From assembly GCF_964355755.1 (NCBI RefSeq), contig NC_092676.1, forward strand, positions 2,485,788-2,549,787: 64,000 nt of DNA, in the 5' to 3' direction. The position numbers and the translations under genes were made by a program. The notes below the pieces were generated by a model. That model had not been told where the DNA came from, did not search any database, and saw only the letters and a program-made list of their open reading frames with translations. The DNA is from Antedon mediterranea. Its lineage: Eukaryota > Animalia > Echinodermata. Positions 24,103 to 38,700 of this stretch are shown in pieces (positions within the stretch are counted from its first letter, which is position 1; the number at the start of each line of letters is the position of its first letter).

Positions 24103-24962
24103 TAAGGCTGTAAAATTTGTCCTAGTTCAGGACACTTGCCGAACCTGGTGACAACTTGTTGCTTTTTGCAGATGTGAAAAGGGTATTATCAAATGTGCTA
24201 AATCTATATGATCAAACTTATATTATAATAATAATAATACTTTGTTTTATATGTAATTTATTACTGTAGTTTCAGACATTACCAGTAAAATATATTTAGA
24301 AAAAAGTTACTACAACATGTAAAAACTGATAAAGACTCAAAAGTAGTCCCAATGGGATAGTCATAAGTGGTTTGACTAGAGTAATGAAATAGTTATCACA
24401 CCTCTCCCTGCAGTTCCACTTATAAATATTGAACTTTAAAATTGAATAGTTCATAGAATTTTTATTTGTCGATTCGAAATATTGTTTTTTGTTCTTCCTG
24501 AATTCTAAATCTTTTTTTCTGCATAAATTTAACGCCTTAACCCCGTCTAGTCTCTCAGTCTGTCTGTCAGTCCCTAGTCTGCCTCCCAAGACATTATATA
24601 TTATTTCTATTTATTGGTGTTTTTAAAAGAGTTGTTCATAATCTATTTTTTTTAATTTCCGTTTACGGCATATAGTCTACTGTTGTATGGTAATTAACCT
24701 ATGGTGGCAGGGTGTACCAGTCGTGTGCTTTTTCTCTCTAAAATACATTTTTTGAAAGGATATTTACCGTATTCAAATAATCAGGTCAGTTAAAATAAAC
24801 TGCATGATGCTATATTTTTTAATTTCCTGCTTTTGAACTAATTAATATTATGAAGAAAGTTTTGGTCTTTTCTTTCAGCCTGTTTTAAAACTTTCATGTT
24901 TTTTTAAATTGTATTTTATTAAATCCAGATTTATCCAAGCATTGTTTTTACAATATCCAGTA

Positions 24963-25159
24963 TAGTAAAAACCTGGTTTAAGACCCAACAGTGGGCCCCT
25001 TAATAGGGGTATCCATTGAATAGGGATATGTCCCTTGAATGGGTGTTAGACAGTAGTGTTAATTAAAACGTGTATTTCATCATGTTTGTTTCACAGGAAA
25101 AGTGTCCACTTAATAGACCCGTCCTCTAAATAGGGATGTCCCAAAGGAGGGTTCAACTG
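24963..25159. mobile_element. Tc1/mariner-type MITE
   Basis: TA-flanked, ending in gggttcaactg|TA, with repeated tgtccc.t.aataggg motifs. Confidence 0.6.
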
Positions 25160-27601
25160 TACTACCATATTCCAAGTTTGTTTGTAGGTAGAACTAGCAA
25201 CGGGAAAAACAGAAACAGTGAAAGCTAAAAGTGAAACGAATGAATGACGACGATCATGTGGTTTCTGTACCATGCCGTACATGGAAGAGATACTTTCTAC
25301 TCATAGATAACATTCGCACTTTAATTCCAGTAGTTGCAACAACCCGACGGGATACTGGAACAAACTAATTGAACATATCCGTATCAGGGTTTAATCCATC
25401 CGTACACAGGCTATTGGCATTGTTGAATTTTCCCTGTGAAATTAATTTTGCTTTTTGCTTTATTAATTTTAAATACAATGGTAAAATCCTCTATTAAGGG
25501 GACACCTTCAGGATCCAATGTAAGTGTCCCCTTTTAATAGGGGTGTGTGTGAATAGGGTTAGCCAGAGTTTTAAACTGTATACAGGCTTTTCTTTGCAAA
25601 TAATAAATAATACTAATAAATGGGGCTTATATAGCGCATAGCCTCAATAATAATAATCCTTTAATAGGGATGTCCCCTGAATAGTATGTTATTATAATGC
25701 AGTCTTCGTTCATATGGAGTATAATCATGTTATGTCCTCAAGCATCCAAATTTGTTCTTAATTTGGTTTCTATTTTCACAAACTGTAATTAAAAGTACTG
25801 TCACTATATTCAGAAACTTTCCCTTTAAACTTACCTGGGAATGACTTCCTGTAAAATTTTATGTCATCTTCGTTCTTCGTCTGTGTGTTCATAAAACGTG
25901 GTAAAATTAGATTGATCTGCTCAATTGTTTATTATTAATATTAGTCGTATACACAGAAGGTTTTACAAGAACAGCTGCTAATTTTTGTAGAATATCACAT
26001 TTGAAAGAATTTACAATTGTATTTATCAACTTAAAGAGGTATTGTCAAATGTTGTTTTGTTTACAAGTTTAAGCTTCTGTAGGGTTGGTTCACATTGAAG
26101 TTATTTTGTAGAAACAATCATGATATGCAGAAAATCTCATAGCTAGGAAGGTTGGAAGTGTCACAACAAAACTGAACGTATAGTAGTAGATATGTCTGAT
26201 ATATGGGGATACACACTGTAATTCTATGCAAATTACCCTTTTTGTTCAGCTTTAACACTTGTCACTTTAACACATATAAATGTAACATGATGGTTTGAAT
26301 GTACTCCATGTTTTTTCTGAAGTTCCCTTTTCAAACTAAAGAACAAAAAGAACCCCACTTTATAAATCATGGCTACGGCCTTGCATCTTAATCAATTTCG
26401 TTGCTAGGTCATTATATTATTATTATATTATTGTTATTGTTTTTATGAATGTTTTTCTTATTTTAATATTTTTATTTATGACCTTGGTGATACTGTAATG
26501 TATCTTAACCTATTTCGTTGCTACATCATTAATTTATTGAATTTATGAATTATTTATTAATTATATTTTTATTTTTAATTGTAAGAATAATTGAAGGTTG
26601 CTTTATTCATAGGATGTGATATAACTAGCACAGTGACATTGTAAGTGACATTGATCAAATCTTTAAGTGACATTTAAATCTGTTAATTAATCTTTCAGTA
26701 AGGGATTTAATCCAACTTATTAATCTCGATAATTCCTTAAATTAAAGACACAGGAGTAGGATCATAAGAGATTATTATTCTAATCTATTTCCTCTGTTGA
26801 AAATAAGATTTGAATTTTTTAAAGCACTTGCCTTTAATGAATTTTTTATTGTGCTTTCTGAATGTCATCTTATAATCGACAAGTAGGAAGATCCATACCA
26901 AGTTTCACTAAAAAATGAAATATTTTTTGGTTGAAAATCCCATAATTGTTCTTTAAATCAACAATTCATATAATACCGTATTTCGACTAGTAAGAGTAGG
27001 TTATGTGAAGTGAAGGTTTAACAAATTATTTTCGTTATAATGGTTTGGCATTTTATGTTTTGTCATCTTATTCGGTTGTTTAAAAAAAATTTAAATCTGT
27101 TGTTCAACTCAACAAAACTCCTTACAAGCATTCACCAGCTTTGAAGTCAACAGATACAAAGTATCCGTCAATGACGGCCATGTGTCTTCAGAAAAGGACG
27201 GCTACAAGAACGATTACGGTATTCTAGGTTTTAGAGAAAAATTCATGAAGGAAAGGAATGTTATCGTATTTTTAGAGTCGTCATCAAATTCTAATCAACT
27301 ACATTCAAGATGTTGTCTAATATCCTAAATATTTAATCAATGTTATGTTGAGAGTTTGAAATGGGAAATAACATATAAAAATATTAAAAAGTTAATTAAT
27401 ATAAAAACTGATGTTTCCTGTGTGTATGCTAGTGGGTCAGGGTTAAGGTACATAGTCATTTAAGGACAAACAAGTGTCAAACTCCTTATCATTAGTTCCC
27501 CCAACTACTGTACCCCCTGTTTTTAATCTGTTAGTTCCTACATTATTTACGTCTTAACCCTCAGTTCCTATCTCAGGCCCCCTCCCTTATCAGCTGTGTT
27601 A

Positions 27602-27761
27602 AGCCTTGTCTACACTATCAAACTTGATGTGACAAAATAATGTTATGTGCCTATACATGGACATGATGGTGTCATATCACTACCAAATTTGGGCATTTGT
27701 CACTATCATATTTTGACACGTCACTTTTTTGTCAAACTAGTTTGATAATGTAGACAGAGCA
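27602..27761 (-). mobile_element. MITE family A copy (reverse orientation)
   Basis: Both TIRs, core reverse-complemented. Confidence 0.85.
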
Positions 27762-29673
27762 TTAGATCATTCTTATGTCAACTCCACCCAGAAGCCTCTC
27801 TGTTTCCTGTTATCATTTAACGGTTTATTTATGATAGATTAAAGTCATCAAGAACTTAACATATTTGCTTAAAATGATATCATATTTTCTTATCATACCA
27901 GTTTGTATTTCCACTAGTACCAACCCCCTTCCCCAGTCAGGAACTTACAATGATTCAATAATTTCTGCGTCCTACTTATCCTAGCTTGACGGATCTTTCT
28001 TGCCCTGTCTGTAGCTACTGTACATTCCCGTTCTGGAACAAAAATGTTTAAGTTAATCATTTTATTATTGCAACAATTGTTTGTTTTTTACAAAGTAATA
28101 TGCCTTTTATAGATTTAAACCATGTTGACACTTCCACAAATTTGCCAATTTGCTGAAAGTTGTGAAAGGTGCGAGAAAATGTGTGAAATGCGTCAATTTA
28201 CATTACATATATTTATTTTCCCTTCTCAGCTTGTACATGTTGTATGATTTATCTGGCGCCATATATGATTTGTTAACCTCGTAATTTAATGTGATGATGT
28301 ATCTATCACAACAAACTGCAATTATTTCCTAAATGATTTATAAGATATGAGAAATTTAATGATTGATATATCAAGAATTTTATTTTTAATAATCAGTGGG
28401 GCTTTTGATTTCAACATTGGTATGTAAGTAGCTTCATTAGTAGATATTGCATTGAAATAACTGAATCAACTTGATTAGTTCAGAATAGAGAAACTTGTTC
28501 ATTAGCAGGTACCTGTACAGTAGTAATCTGTGTCAAACTATGACAAAAGACATTGCTGATTGCTCCAGGCTAAAATAAGGAATGTATCACATCCCTGGAG
28601 TAAGCCTGCCTCTTCATTAGCATAATCTCTGAATTCCATACACCCTCTGAAGGACCTTTGACCTGTTTGCTTAGCAATACCTGCTGGCCTCGATTGAGTT
28701 ATTTAGTGAGAGTTTGGGCATTTTGAAGATTGTTGTGTTTAGCTCACTGCAACCGTTTAACCAAATTTGGGAGAACTTTTTTAGGAATTATTTCAAGACA
28801 TTGTTGTCAGAAGATATTCTTCAATTCAATTCATCTGTTGTGATATTTCATAAACAATTATTTTTTTAAGGAAGATTCGACAAACTGTGTTCTGATATTT
28901 CATCACATATAAGATTTGACACAATTTTGCAGAGTGCAACAAGTAGTGTGTCTCCTTGGATTATATAATATTCCACGCTATTATTGTCGTTATCCGTTAC
29001 CCTTTTGATCGACGTGAGTCATCAGTTTATGGCTAAAAGTTGTCATTTTAATTAAAATAATTGATACATCAACGAAAGGGGTTTTTAATCAGAATTTTTA
29101 GTCAATCGTTTCAAAGATTTACCAACTTTCCAGAACTTTTCAGATGTTAAAAACTAATAAATTTTCTCTCCATTGGTTATGAGAAGTGAAAATAACCTTT
29201 TTAATTATTTTTATAATCATAACCTGAGAATTTCTTAGTTTTGAAACAAAAAGTTTTGATCAGCAACAGGAAGTAAATAAGTTACTAACCTACATTCCTT
29301 TGGAGCAAGTCACAAAAACATCGTCATCTCTTCGTCATCCAAGTTGGTTTCAGATCAGAATCAAATCCTGATAGGTTGTACAAGAAGGTTGAAACTTATT
29401 AAAGGACTCACTGAATGCTTTTAACTTACTAAGCTAGCCTTGTTATGATTGGTAATAGCCTAGCAAGCTAGGGTTACCAGCACCATCGTCATACACAGCC
29501 ATGATTCATCCATTTTGTTAGCTGCTGATTGTTGAGTCCTGTGTCATTTCTGTAGGCAGATTTCAGCAGCTGCTCTGTTTTTGCACCCTTTGCCAAATTA
29601 TCTTGTACCTGTCATCGAGTACAATTGATTTATAAATTTTGTGGGAATATCTTTGGAGATTTACAATACAATC

Positions 29674-29710
29674 ATGTTTCGAAGAAGAAAGAAGAAAGTT
29701 AAGCTAAATG
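29674..29710 (+). CDS. Candidate alternative first coding exon of liprin-beta: MFRRRKKKVKLN(G)
   Basis: ATG with A at -3 (acaatcATG), 12 codons + 1 nt, consensus donor G|gtaagt at 29711. Phase 1, so it joins exon 41165 in frame exactly like the canonical first exon. Confidence 0.6.
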
Positions 29711-30572
29711 GTAAGTTTTAATGTTGAGGTGTACATTTTTTTTAATGATATTTGTGTACTGTAAAGAATTGATACACTGTCGTAGATATAACTTTTTATT
29801 GGTTGAATAATTTGTTATAAAATAATTTATTCACATCAATGTAAGTTAAAGTAAGTGTAAATGGATTTTCAATTTTTGAGTTAGGTTATTTATTTTTTGA
29901 AGAAAAAAAGTATACCATAAAGTGGTCAAATGGTTATGACGCTCGCCTTGTCGGTGATAGGTCACAGGTTCAAATCTTGTAGAAGTTATATTATTAACAC
30001 ACAATTAATTTATGAGACTATATCCCTTGTATGCTTGTTGAACCTAGTAAAATATCAAAAAATGTCCCAGTAAAATCCTATATTATCTTTGAATCTATTT
30101 TATACAATTAATATGAAATTAGATTTATTTGTTGGAGTGAATTGTCACTAAGATAATTTTTACTGAGGAATTTAATTTCTATATTGCTGCTTCTGCCATG
30201 AATATCAACCGCTACTTAAATTAAATTGTACAATAAAATATAAAGATAAAGTATTATACAATAAACTACTAGACTGTATACAATATTGATTATTGAAAAT
30301 GAAATATGATACTCCAAGAACAATGTATTGAAGAACATAGAAAAGAAAAGCTATAAAGAAGTCTTTAAAAAAAAACCAAAACAGAAACTTTGTTTATAGG
30401 ATACTTCTTTTATATTGTATATTTTATGTCATCTTTCTGTCTATCAAATGATTATGAACTTAGAACGCATCCAGGGGCCATTTAATTGACAGTAGTACAT
30501 TAAAACCACAAAAAGAATAGATATGGTGTACTTAACAAATACTGGTGATTTCCATGAGAAACTCTAACATAA

Positions 30573-30703
30573 AGCTCTGTCTACACTATCAAATTAGTTT
30601 GACAAAAAAAGATATGATGAATATGGTAGTGATATGACATGATCATGTCCATATGGCCACATCACATTATTTTTGTCACATAAAGTTTAATAGTTACACA
30701 GCT
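30573..30703 (+). mobile_element. MITE family A copy
   Basis: Left TIR intact, right TIR degenerate. Confidence 0.8.
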
Positions 30704-31188
30704 TTACAATAAACTTAAATAAAGATATCATAGTGAGACTGAATTGACTAGGTTGTGTTGGATAAGGATAGGCCTACAATAGGGCATTTAGAAACAAATT
30801 AATTATTATGCCTAAAGAAGTTAGTATCATGTCCTCCTATTGTTGAATAAAGGTATGAAATCTATTTTGAAATGCTAATTCCCCTCTTCCTACCAGTTCT
30901 TCTTTCCTCCCTTCCAAGATACCTTCATTTGCTTCACTTTTTAATAATTAAGGGAAGCAAATTATATGTTCTCAATATTTTCATTTTATTTAACTCATTT
31001 CGAATAATAGTTAAGCATGTACAAGTACAACTAGACACTACTCTAACCATCTGTTGTGGAATAAAAATGTTGATAAAAAAAACGAGAGACAGAAGGGAAT
31101 AGATTATACTGAGAGTAAACTTAATCATTTATTCACAGTTTTATTAATTATTTATAGAGTGATTAATGTTTGATGCATATCCTCTTTT

Positions 31189-31352
31189 TTCTCCGATCAC
31201 TCATCTAATAATGTCAGCCTTAACTTGGATTCACACTGCTTTCTCCGATCACTCATCTAATAATGTCAGCCTTAACTTGGATTCACACTGCTTTCTCAGA
31301 TCACTCATCTAATAATTTGCTATTAATGTCAGCATTAACTTGAATTCACACT
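31189..31352. repeat. 52-bp tandem repeat, about 3 copies
   Basis: ttctccgatcactcatctaataatgtcagccttaacttggattcacactgct repeated. Confidence 0.9.
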
Positions 31353-31872
31353 CCATTTCATTCATTGATTTACTTATGTATTCATTGAATCTTAAATGTT
31401 GTCATAAATATTGATGATTATCTTCTAACTTTAATAGTTTCATAGACATGGTTTTTAAATTTGTTTTCACCTTTGACATAGATATATTAATTATTGTTTG
31501 TTTATGCTGTCTGCCAAAACCATATTTGGAAAGGTTTTAGACAACCATGTCAAGGGTCACAGAAAAATCTAATACCGGCATCTTTGTAAAGGAGTAATTT
31601 CTTGAATCCTGATTTGATTTTTTAATTAGGATGAAGTAAAATTAATTAACAAAATGCACTGATTAAATATAAAGAACAAACAGGCATTTGAAGTGGCTGG
31701 TGGCTGGTGTCCATTTATGAGAGAAGATCCAGGAGGAGAGTTCAACTGCTTCAAGCATACTGTTTATTAGGTTATATTGCATCATCATGCAATATAACCT
31801 TATTAATAATTATTATTATTATAAAAAAAATTATACTTTAGAAATATAAATGAAGTGACCACATTATGCCAA

Positions 31873-31961
31873 CCCCTGGTTTGTGACCTCTCTCCCCTAG
31901 TTTGTGACATCTTCCCCTGGTTTGTGACCTCTCTCCCCTGGATTGTGACCTCTTTCTCCCT
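31873..31961. repeat. 21-bp tandem repeat cccctggtttgtgacctctct, about 4 copies
   Basis: Directly visible. Confidence 0.85.
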
Positions 31962-32357
31962 CACATTCAAATTTCATTTCTTTTTTAATTTCTCAATGTG
32001 TCAACATCTAGATAACTTTCAATATGTGGGTAGGCTGTAAGTGCACACATCTCATCTCGTCCACTATCAAAACAAAATTGAAATATTAATATTGACGTAT
32101 TAAACTTATTTTATTTCTTTATATTTTATTATTTTATTGTAAATTGCATGGTATTCTGTCTTTCATAAATGCCAATGAAACTAAAGTGCACAGCAATAAC
32201 AACATTAACTTGATTTAAAACCACCCCCATATTCCTCATGTTATTTCCTCATGCGAAGTAAATAACACGTCTGTTCCTTCTGTTGTAATGTTAAAAAAAT
32301 GTTAACAAACTTAAGTGAAGCATAGAGAACATAGCATTTAATGTGAAACTTTTCTAA

Positions 32358-32497
32358 ATCTCTGTCTACACTATCAAACTTTATGTGACATAAAAATGTT
32401 ATTTACCTATATATAGATATGATGATGTCATATCACTAACATATTTGGGCACATCACACTTTTTTGGTCAAACTAGTTTGATAGTGTAGACAGAGCT
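32358..32497 (-). mobile_element. MITE family A copy (reverse orientation)
   Basis: Both TIRs, flanks taa / tta. Confidence 0.85.
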
Positions 32498-32703
32498 TTA
32501 AATCATAGAAGTTTTAATGGTTTTGAAATCATAAAGTGCAAACAAAAATTCTTGGAGCATTGGAAACAAGTAAAAAAAGGGAGAAAGTATTAGTTTATAT
32601 GTCAGCACATAAACAGAAATATGGGGATACGTAATGCCCAGGGTTTAAGCTACAGACCTCTCAAACGTTGGCAATATTTGATTGATAACCCATCACGCTT
32701 TAA

Positions 32704-33097
32704 AGATGTATTCTCCCCAAAAACATGAAAAATGAAAATTAATTAAATTAGATTTTGAATAGGTTATTTTGTAGTTTTAATAAAGTTTATCACTTCCGTA
32801 GAAAAAAAATTGCTTTACAATTACGGTTTTTTCAGTTAAATAATTTTGTTCAGATCCAATTTTTGGTCAAATTGGATACTATTATGGGACATTAAAGTGG
32901 CATATTCAACAACAAAAATGTTAAAATAAAAATGTTAAAATAAAAATGTTAAAATAAAAATGTTAAAATAAAAATGTTAAAATAAAAATGTTAAAATAAA
33001 AGTGTTAAAATAAAAATGTTAAAATAAAAATGTTAAAATAAAAATGTTAAAATAAAAATGTTAAAATAAAAATGTTAAAATTATTTTTCAGACATCT
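32704..33097 (+). mobile_element. Kolobok-type MITE containing a 14-bp tandem expansion (aaaatgttaaaata, about 12 copies)
   Basis: TTAA|AGATGT ... ACATCT|TTAA. The array at about 32915-33082 is absent from the sibling at 23236. Confidence 0.7.
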
Positions 33098-33613
33098 TTA
33101 ATAATCATCCTCTGTGCTTGAAAACAAGACATTAGTTACCCGCGAAGTTCAATGACCTCTAATAATTAGATTCATTTTTGCCAACATCAATCACTCAACC
33201 CTACCCCCACTCTAGCAATACTTGTTTACAGCGCCTTCTAATGAGCTACCGTTTACCCTGCTGAACACTGATTGGTGCTGACACATTTGTTCTTCTGAAG
33301 AAAGCGATAGTAATATCATTAATGCCTACCAGATGTACCTATCTGAAAATTAATGATAAGAGGTTTACCTTTACCGTTTAATTTAAAACATTTCTTCTTG
33401 TTATGAGTTTATTAAAGAGTTTTATGCCATCTACGTTAAATGATTATGTTTATTAGGACAGGTATAGTGCACCAAGCTGTCATTTAGATATCTTAGTTTA
33501 AACTTGATGTGCCCATTTGGTAGTTACTAGGTAATAGTTTAAAACTAAGATATTTTTATTGCCAAAAAATGACAGGGAGATATAAAAGTGCCAAAATCTT
33601 ACTGTATTTATTA

Positions 33614-33744
33614 AGCTCTGTCTACACTATCAAAGTAATTTGACAAAAAAATGTGTGATGTACCTATGTACACATGCATTACTACCATATTTGGTACAAC
33701 ATTTTTTTGTCACATAAAGTTTGATTGATAGTGTAGACAGAGCT
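33614..33744 (+). mobile_element. MITE family A copy
   Basis: Both TIRs, shortened core. Confidence 0.8.
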
Positions 33745-35254
33745 CAATGTATTGTATAGTATGTGAAATAACCGCCTAAAAGTCCGTTCTTTTCAAAATG
33801 AATATTGATTTTGTATAAATTAAACAAAATGTGCCACTGAACACCAATACAAAGAAGTCTATCCAGCCGAGTATAGATGAAGACCATGGGCTTAAAGTTA
33901 AAGAAATGGGATTATAACCGATATGAACTTCTAGAGCTAAGCTAATTCAATGAATTTAAGGGGAAGGAACATTAACCAAAGATTACTCCGACCCCCCTCC
34001 CTTCCTCCATGAAATTAGGTCATCAAGATAACACTCTTTTTGGGCAATATCAGGGTTCATCTACCATTACCATCAATTTGTATTTTAATAACATAATAAC
34101 AGGCAAAATATTATTATCACAGTGGACATGTTGTAAACGACATCCCAAATAAGTTGACCCTATGCTTATTATAATTTATCTGCCCCTACATATCTATCAA
34201 GACTACCCACCCCAACGACAAAATGATTGTGTGCTTTAGCTTACCTATTCCCCATGGGAAGAGTATTTTCCCCTTGCTTCTTTTCGATACCTGTCTCAGC
34301 CTGCCTACGTTCCCATTGGGACATGATATTCATCTCCCTGTTTCTTTTTGATATATTGCCTTAACCTAGCTTTGGGACGTGGTATTAACTACTTGTTTGG
34401 GCTTATAATTGGACCCCTTTCTATCCCATCTGTCTTCCATTTGAGACCATAGTACATAGTACCTAGCCCCTGCTTATAAGGGGTATAATCCTGTACAATA
34501 TGTGTGGTCTTTATCCCTGTTTTTACATTGCTTTTATGGTCTGCCGAGTTTGTTGATGAGATAGTTAATGGGAGTTTATTTTTCTGATTATTTTCACAAT
34601 CATGAATTATTAACTGAAGACGGCAATATCTACCACAGCCTGGATTTTTATGTCCATGTCATTTTGTCCACAAAAGAAGCAAAAATTGTCTTGAGCACAT
34701 GTCTATTTTGTGCCTAGTTTATCTGGATAAACCGACAATAGCCGTTTCTCCTCGAAGAGCAAGATAAAACCTCGAAAAGAGAAATTTTCATTGAACACCC
34801 CTCTTCACAAATGGTATAGTACATGAACTATGCCATCATCATTTCTTTTCGAGACATGAGAGAGTAAACATGTCTTCAAGAGAGCTTGCACAGTGCTTTT
34901 GCAATAGATATTTATCATTACTTCTGCACTTGTCTCTTTGAAAAGGGCACTTCAGAAAATATAAAAAGGGATTCGTTCGACCATTTAAAGCTGTGACTAC
35001 ATGCGTCGTTTTTCAATACATCATATAAATCAATATTTATACTTGTTATCAATACCAATACTATAGGTAGTGACATAATAAACAATGATGATTATATAAA
35101 CACACCTACATTGAGGTATGTTAGCCTTGAACATGATGGAATTTTAATGATGTGATAGAATTTAATCTACTAATGTTGTAAAATGCCGTACTGTATGAAC
35201 TCTGGCTGAACCTTTAATGACAAAATGATACTCAATAGATTTACATTTCCCTGA

Positions 35255-35372
35255 AGCTCCGTCCATATATGGACATGATGATGTCATATCACTACCGTAT
35301 TTGGGCATATCACTACCGTATTTGGGTACATCACACTTTTTGTCAAATTAGTTTGATAGTTTAGACAGAGCT
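35255..35372 (-). mobile_element. MITE family A copy (reverse, partly deleted)
   Basis: Reverse-complemented core and one intact TIR. Confidence 0.8.
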
Positions 35373-35573
35373 TTAGAGAAAAATGAAACTCTAAACTATC
35401 TATGAATGTGTAAGAGACCATGGCAAAACTATTCTACTGCAATTACTGCAGTTACTGCATTTTAGCCTGTTTATGCAATTAAATAGCAAGATTTTTTTTG
35501 GTAATCATACACACTGTTTGTTTGTGATGCTCTTTTAAGTTCTCCCATAGCAAAGCTATGATAAATAATGTTT

Positions 35574-35720
35574 AGCTCTGTCTACACTATCAAACTATTT
35601 GTGCCCAAATATGGTAGTGATATGCTCAAATATGGTAGTGATATGACATCATCATGTACATATATGGGCACATCACATGTTTTTGTCACATAAAGTTTGA
35701 AAGTGAGTGTAGACAGAGCT
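35574..35720 (+). mobile_element. MITE family A copy
   Basis: Both TIRs present. Confidence 0.85.
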
Positions 35721-38700
35721 TTAAATTGATTTTACATTGGTTAACATCAGATCATCACAGTGTGTGATTTATACGTTTGATTTATGCATAGATGAACTGC
35801 TCAACATCCCCTATCATCTCTTGATATTCACATTTGTAGTCAACTCACACGGTCATTTAACACTTCTTTTGTTTTATGGTCAAGACAAATAATTGTTTTT
35901 CAACTGTCTGACTAGCCAAGTCATTATTGTCTATTAAGCAATTCCTGTGAACCCTGCGATTATCGTTGTTCACGCATCGCTTCACACGTCCTATTTTGGG
36001 AAATAAAGTGAGCATTTGTTGAAAACAACCTCACTGTGTTATTGTCTTTTCGAAATAATACAATGTCCTGTCGGCTGTCACATGGTACATATTAAAATAT
36101 TTGTTTCCGTTGATTTTGAAAATCTTTATGTCGCTGATTTTGGTGACGTTTGCACAATGTGACCTATATTTTTTTTTAATTGCTCTTTATTTTTTTCCTC
36201 CTTTTTTTGCTTTTCTATTTTATAGATAAAGATTTTTTTAATCGGATAACATATTTTGTTTTTTCCACTGATGTCAATGTATTTTGCAAAGTAAAAATTA
36301 TTTTGACAGATATATAACAGTAGAAAACTATATTAAACTCTTTACCATAACTGAATATGGCCATACAAAGTGTTTTAACATAAAGAACTTTATAATTCTA
36401 ATACAGTATGTTATATCACTAAGGATAATTTCATCCTCGAGTATAATCCCACCCCTAATTTAGACTAAATTCAGATAAGACTTTAATTGTTAATGCAATC
36501 CAAGTATAATCCCACTCCCTAATTTCTCCTTATTTTTCTCTTTCCCCCTGCCCACTTTCCCACTCTCCTAGCTTAATACAGACCTATAGTGATTTAAGAA
36601 GGAACTACCAAACAACAGCATTACAATGAGTGTTGTGATAGCTTCTGCATCCACAACACTCTTTTTGAAGGTATTTGCTTTGCTGACCAATTGAAAAATG
36701 TGAAATTAATATTTAGCAGAACACCATGTGCTCTTGGAGTCAAATACGTGTCAATACATATAAAGTGATCACGATGCATAACATGATGTAATTTGTAAGG
36801 AATTATGGGATCAGAAAAAAGGGCTTTATAGATTACAGTACAACTTGGCGGAATGACCTGATATGGAGATAAGATAATGATAAATTGCAAAAATCAATAA
36901 CCCTATTTAGACTTTTATTTTCCCAAGGTGCCATTATATATTTCCAATAACAACAGGTTCAATTTGAGGTTATTTAGTTATCAATCTTAAATCTATGGGG
37001 GGAAAATGAACAAGAAATAGTTCTTACCAAAAAACGCTGATCGACTACTTTTTGACGTTACAGTTTTAATGATTGTTCTTCAGAAATAATGATTTATTAT
37101 CGATTATTTTTTTTAACAATCAGTAGTAAACATTTTGTGTAGCGTAAATATAACCTATTTATTTAGTTATTAGGATTATTATTAATTAGTTGATGTTATG
37201 TAATCTTGCTTTGTTGTCAATAGAACAATCTTGACCAATCATGCAACAGTTTGGAATAATCTGCCACTTGTGATTGGTCAAATTACTTTTGTTGTTTGTA
37301 CATCATCATTGCATTCCATCATAATTGAGAATAAAACTTTTAAAAATCTAAAATTATATACAATATATATTATTATTAAATTTGATTAAAATTTCACATT
37401 GAATATGATGTCCCTATATAACGACATATTAAATTTATTTAGCATGTCATGTGTAACAGTTATTAAATTTAATTAGCATGTCATGTGTAAAAATTATTAA
37501 ATTAAATGTCATTGTGTCCTGAAATCTATTCTTCCTGTCAATGTACCCATTGTCATTGTTCTCTTGTACTACATATTGTACCCTTAAATAGTTTCCTGAA
37601 TTATGTGTCATCTTCAATCTCCCCCCAAAAAAATCTCCCAATTATAGAGTTCTCATTTCAAATTTTCCATTTTACAATGAGTGTACAGTACTTAGAAAAG
37701 TTAAGAGGAATGACTTTTTAAGTTCCAATGATTCATAGTTTGACAAATGGATGAGCCTTTAAGTGACATTAACAACATTGTCACGCATGACAAGGTACTT
37801 AGAGTTGTCTAAAGATAAGGGGCGCCATGTCCACTACAAGGGACATGTGTTTATTAGTTAACTTTCTTTTTGTGTAAGTATCTTCGTGTTGTCTATTGAG
37901 ACCAAACTAAATACAGTATCATTCCCAAACTACATTATACACAGTCATCTAGAAGCCCTCCGATGGGGGACCTCTATTAAGGGCACATTACAAAAAGTAA
38001 TGTGCGGGCAACCTTCTATTCTTGGCTGTTGTGCTGTACTTAATGTTAATTGTACTGTACTACAAAATATTGCATTGCTGTTAGAAGGGTTGGATTCAGA
38101 AATCTTAGAATTCAATATAATACATTTTGTGTACATTTGGTTGAGGTAAGGTGTTATACTGTGGGAAAATGAGGGGGGGGGGGATCGTGTGGGGAAATTA
38201 TTCCATATGTAACATTATTAAGATGGCACGTTACTGCAATTTTAGATTAGATTAGAAATTGCTATTTGAACTGTTTTAGTAATCATGAATAATATTTGAT
38301 TTTGGTTGGAAGGGGTCAATATGCTTTTTGTCATCAACATTTGTTCTAAGAAAGGGCCAAAAACTGATGGATTTCTAAAGCTTAAAATCCTCTTGCAATT
38401 ATGTTGTCATTTTCTGGGGTGTTACTTTCCCCTGTAACACATTTCTGGTAATCTTCTCTGCGCTTTTGCTTTACTGTTACCTATCCAGGCTGTTACATAC
38501 GTCAGTACGTAATTGGTACTAATTCCACGAGGGAGTGTTACGATGTGTCTCGCAATTGCTACATGACATTTCCTTTAGTATTACCTCTTAGCGGGAGCTT
38601 GTCAGCCATATTGTTTACGCTTTGATTGACATATTACGAGAAATGTTGAGTTTAGAAACAAATATTAGAACACAATCTGTATTTGTTTAAGTTTGATAAA

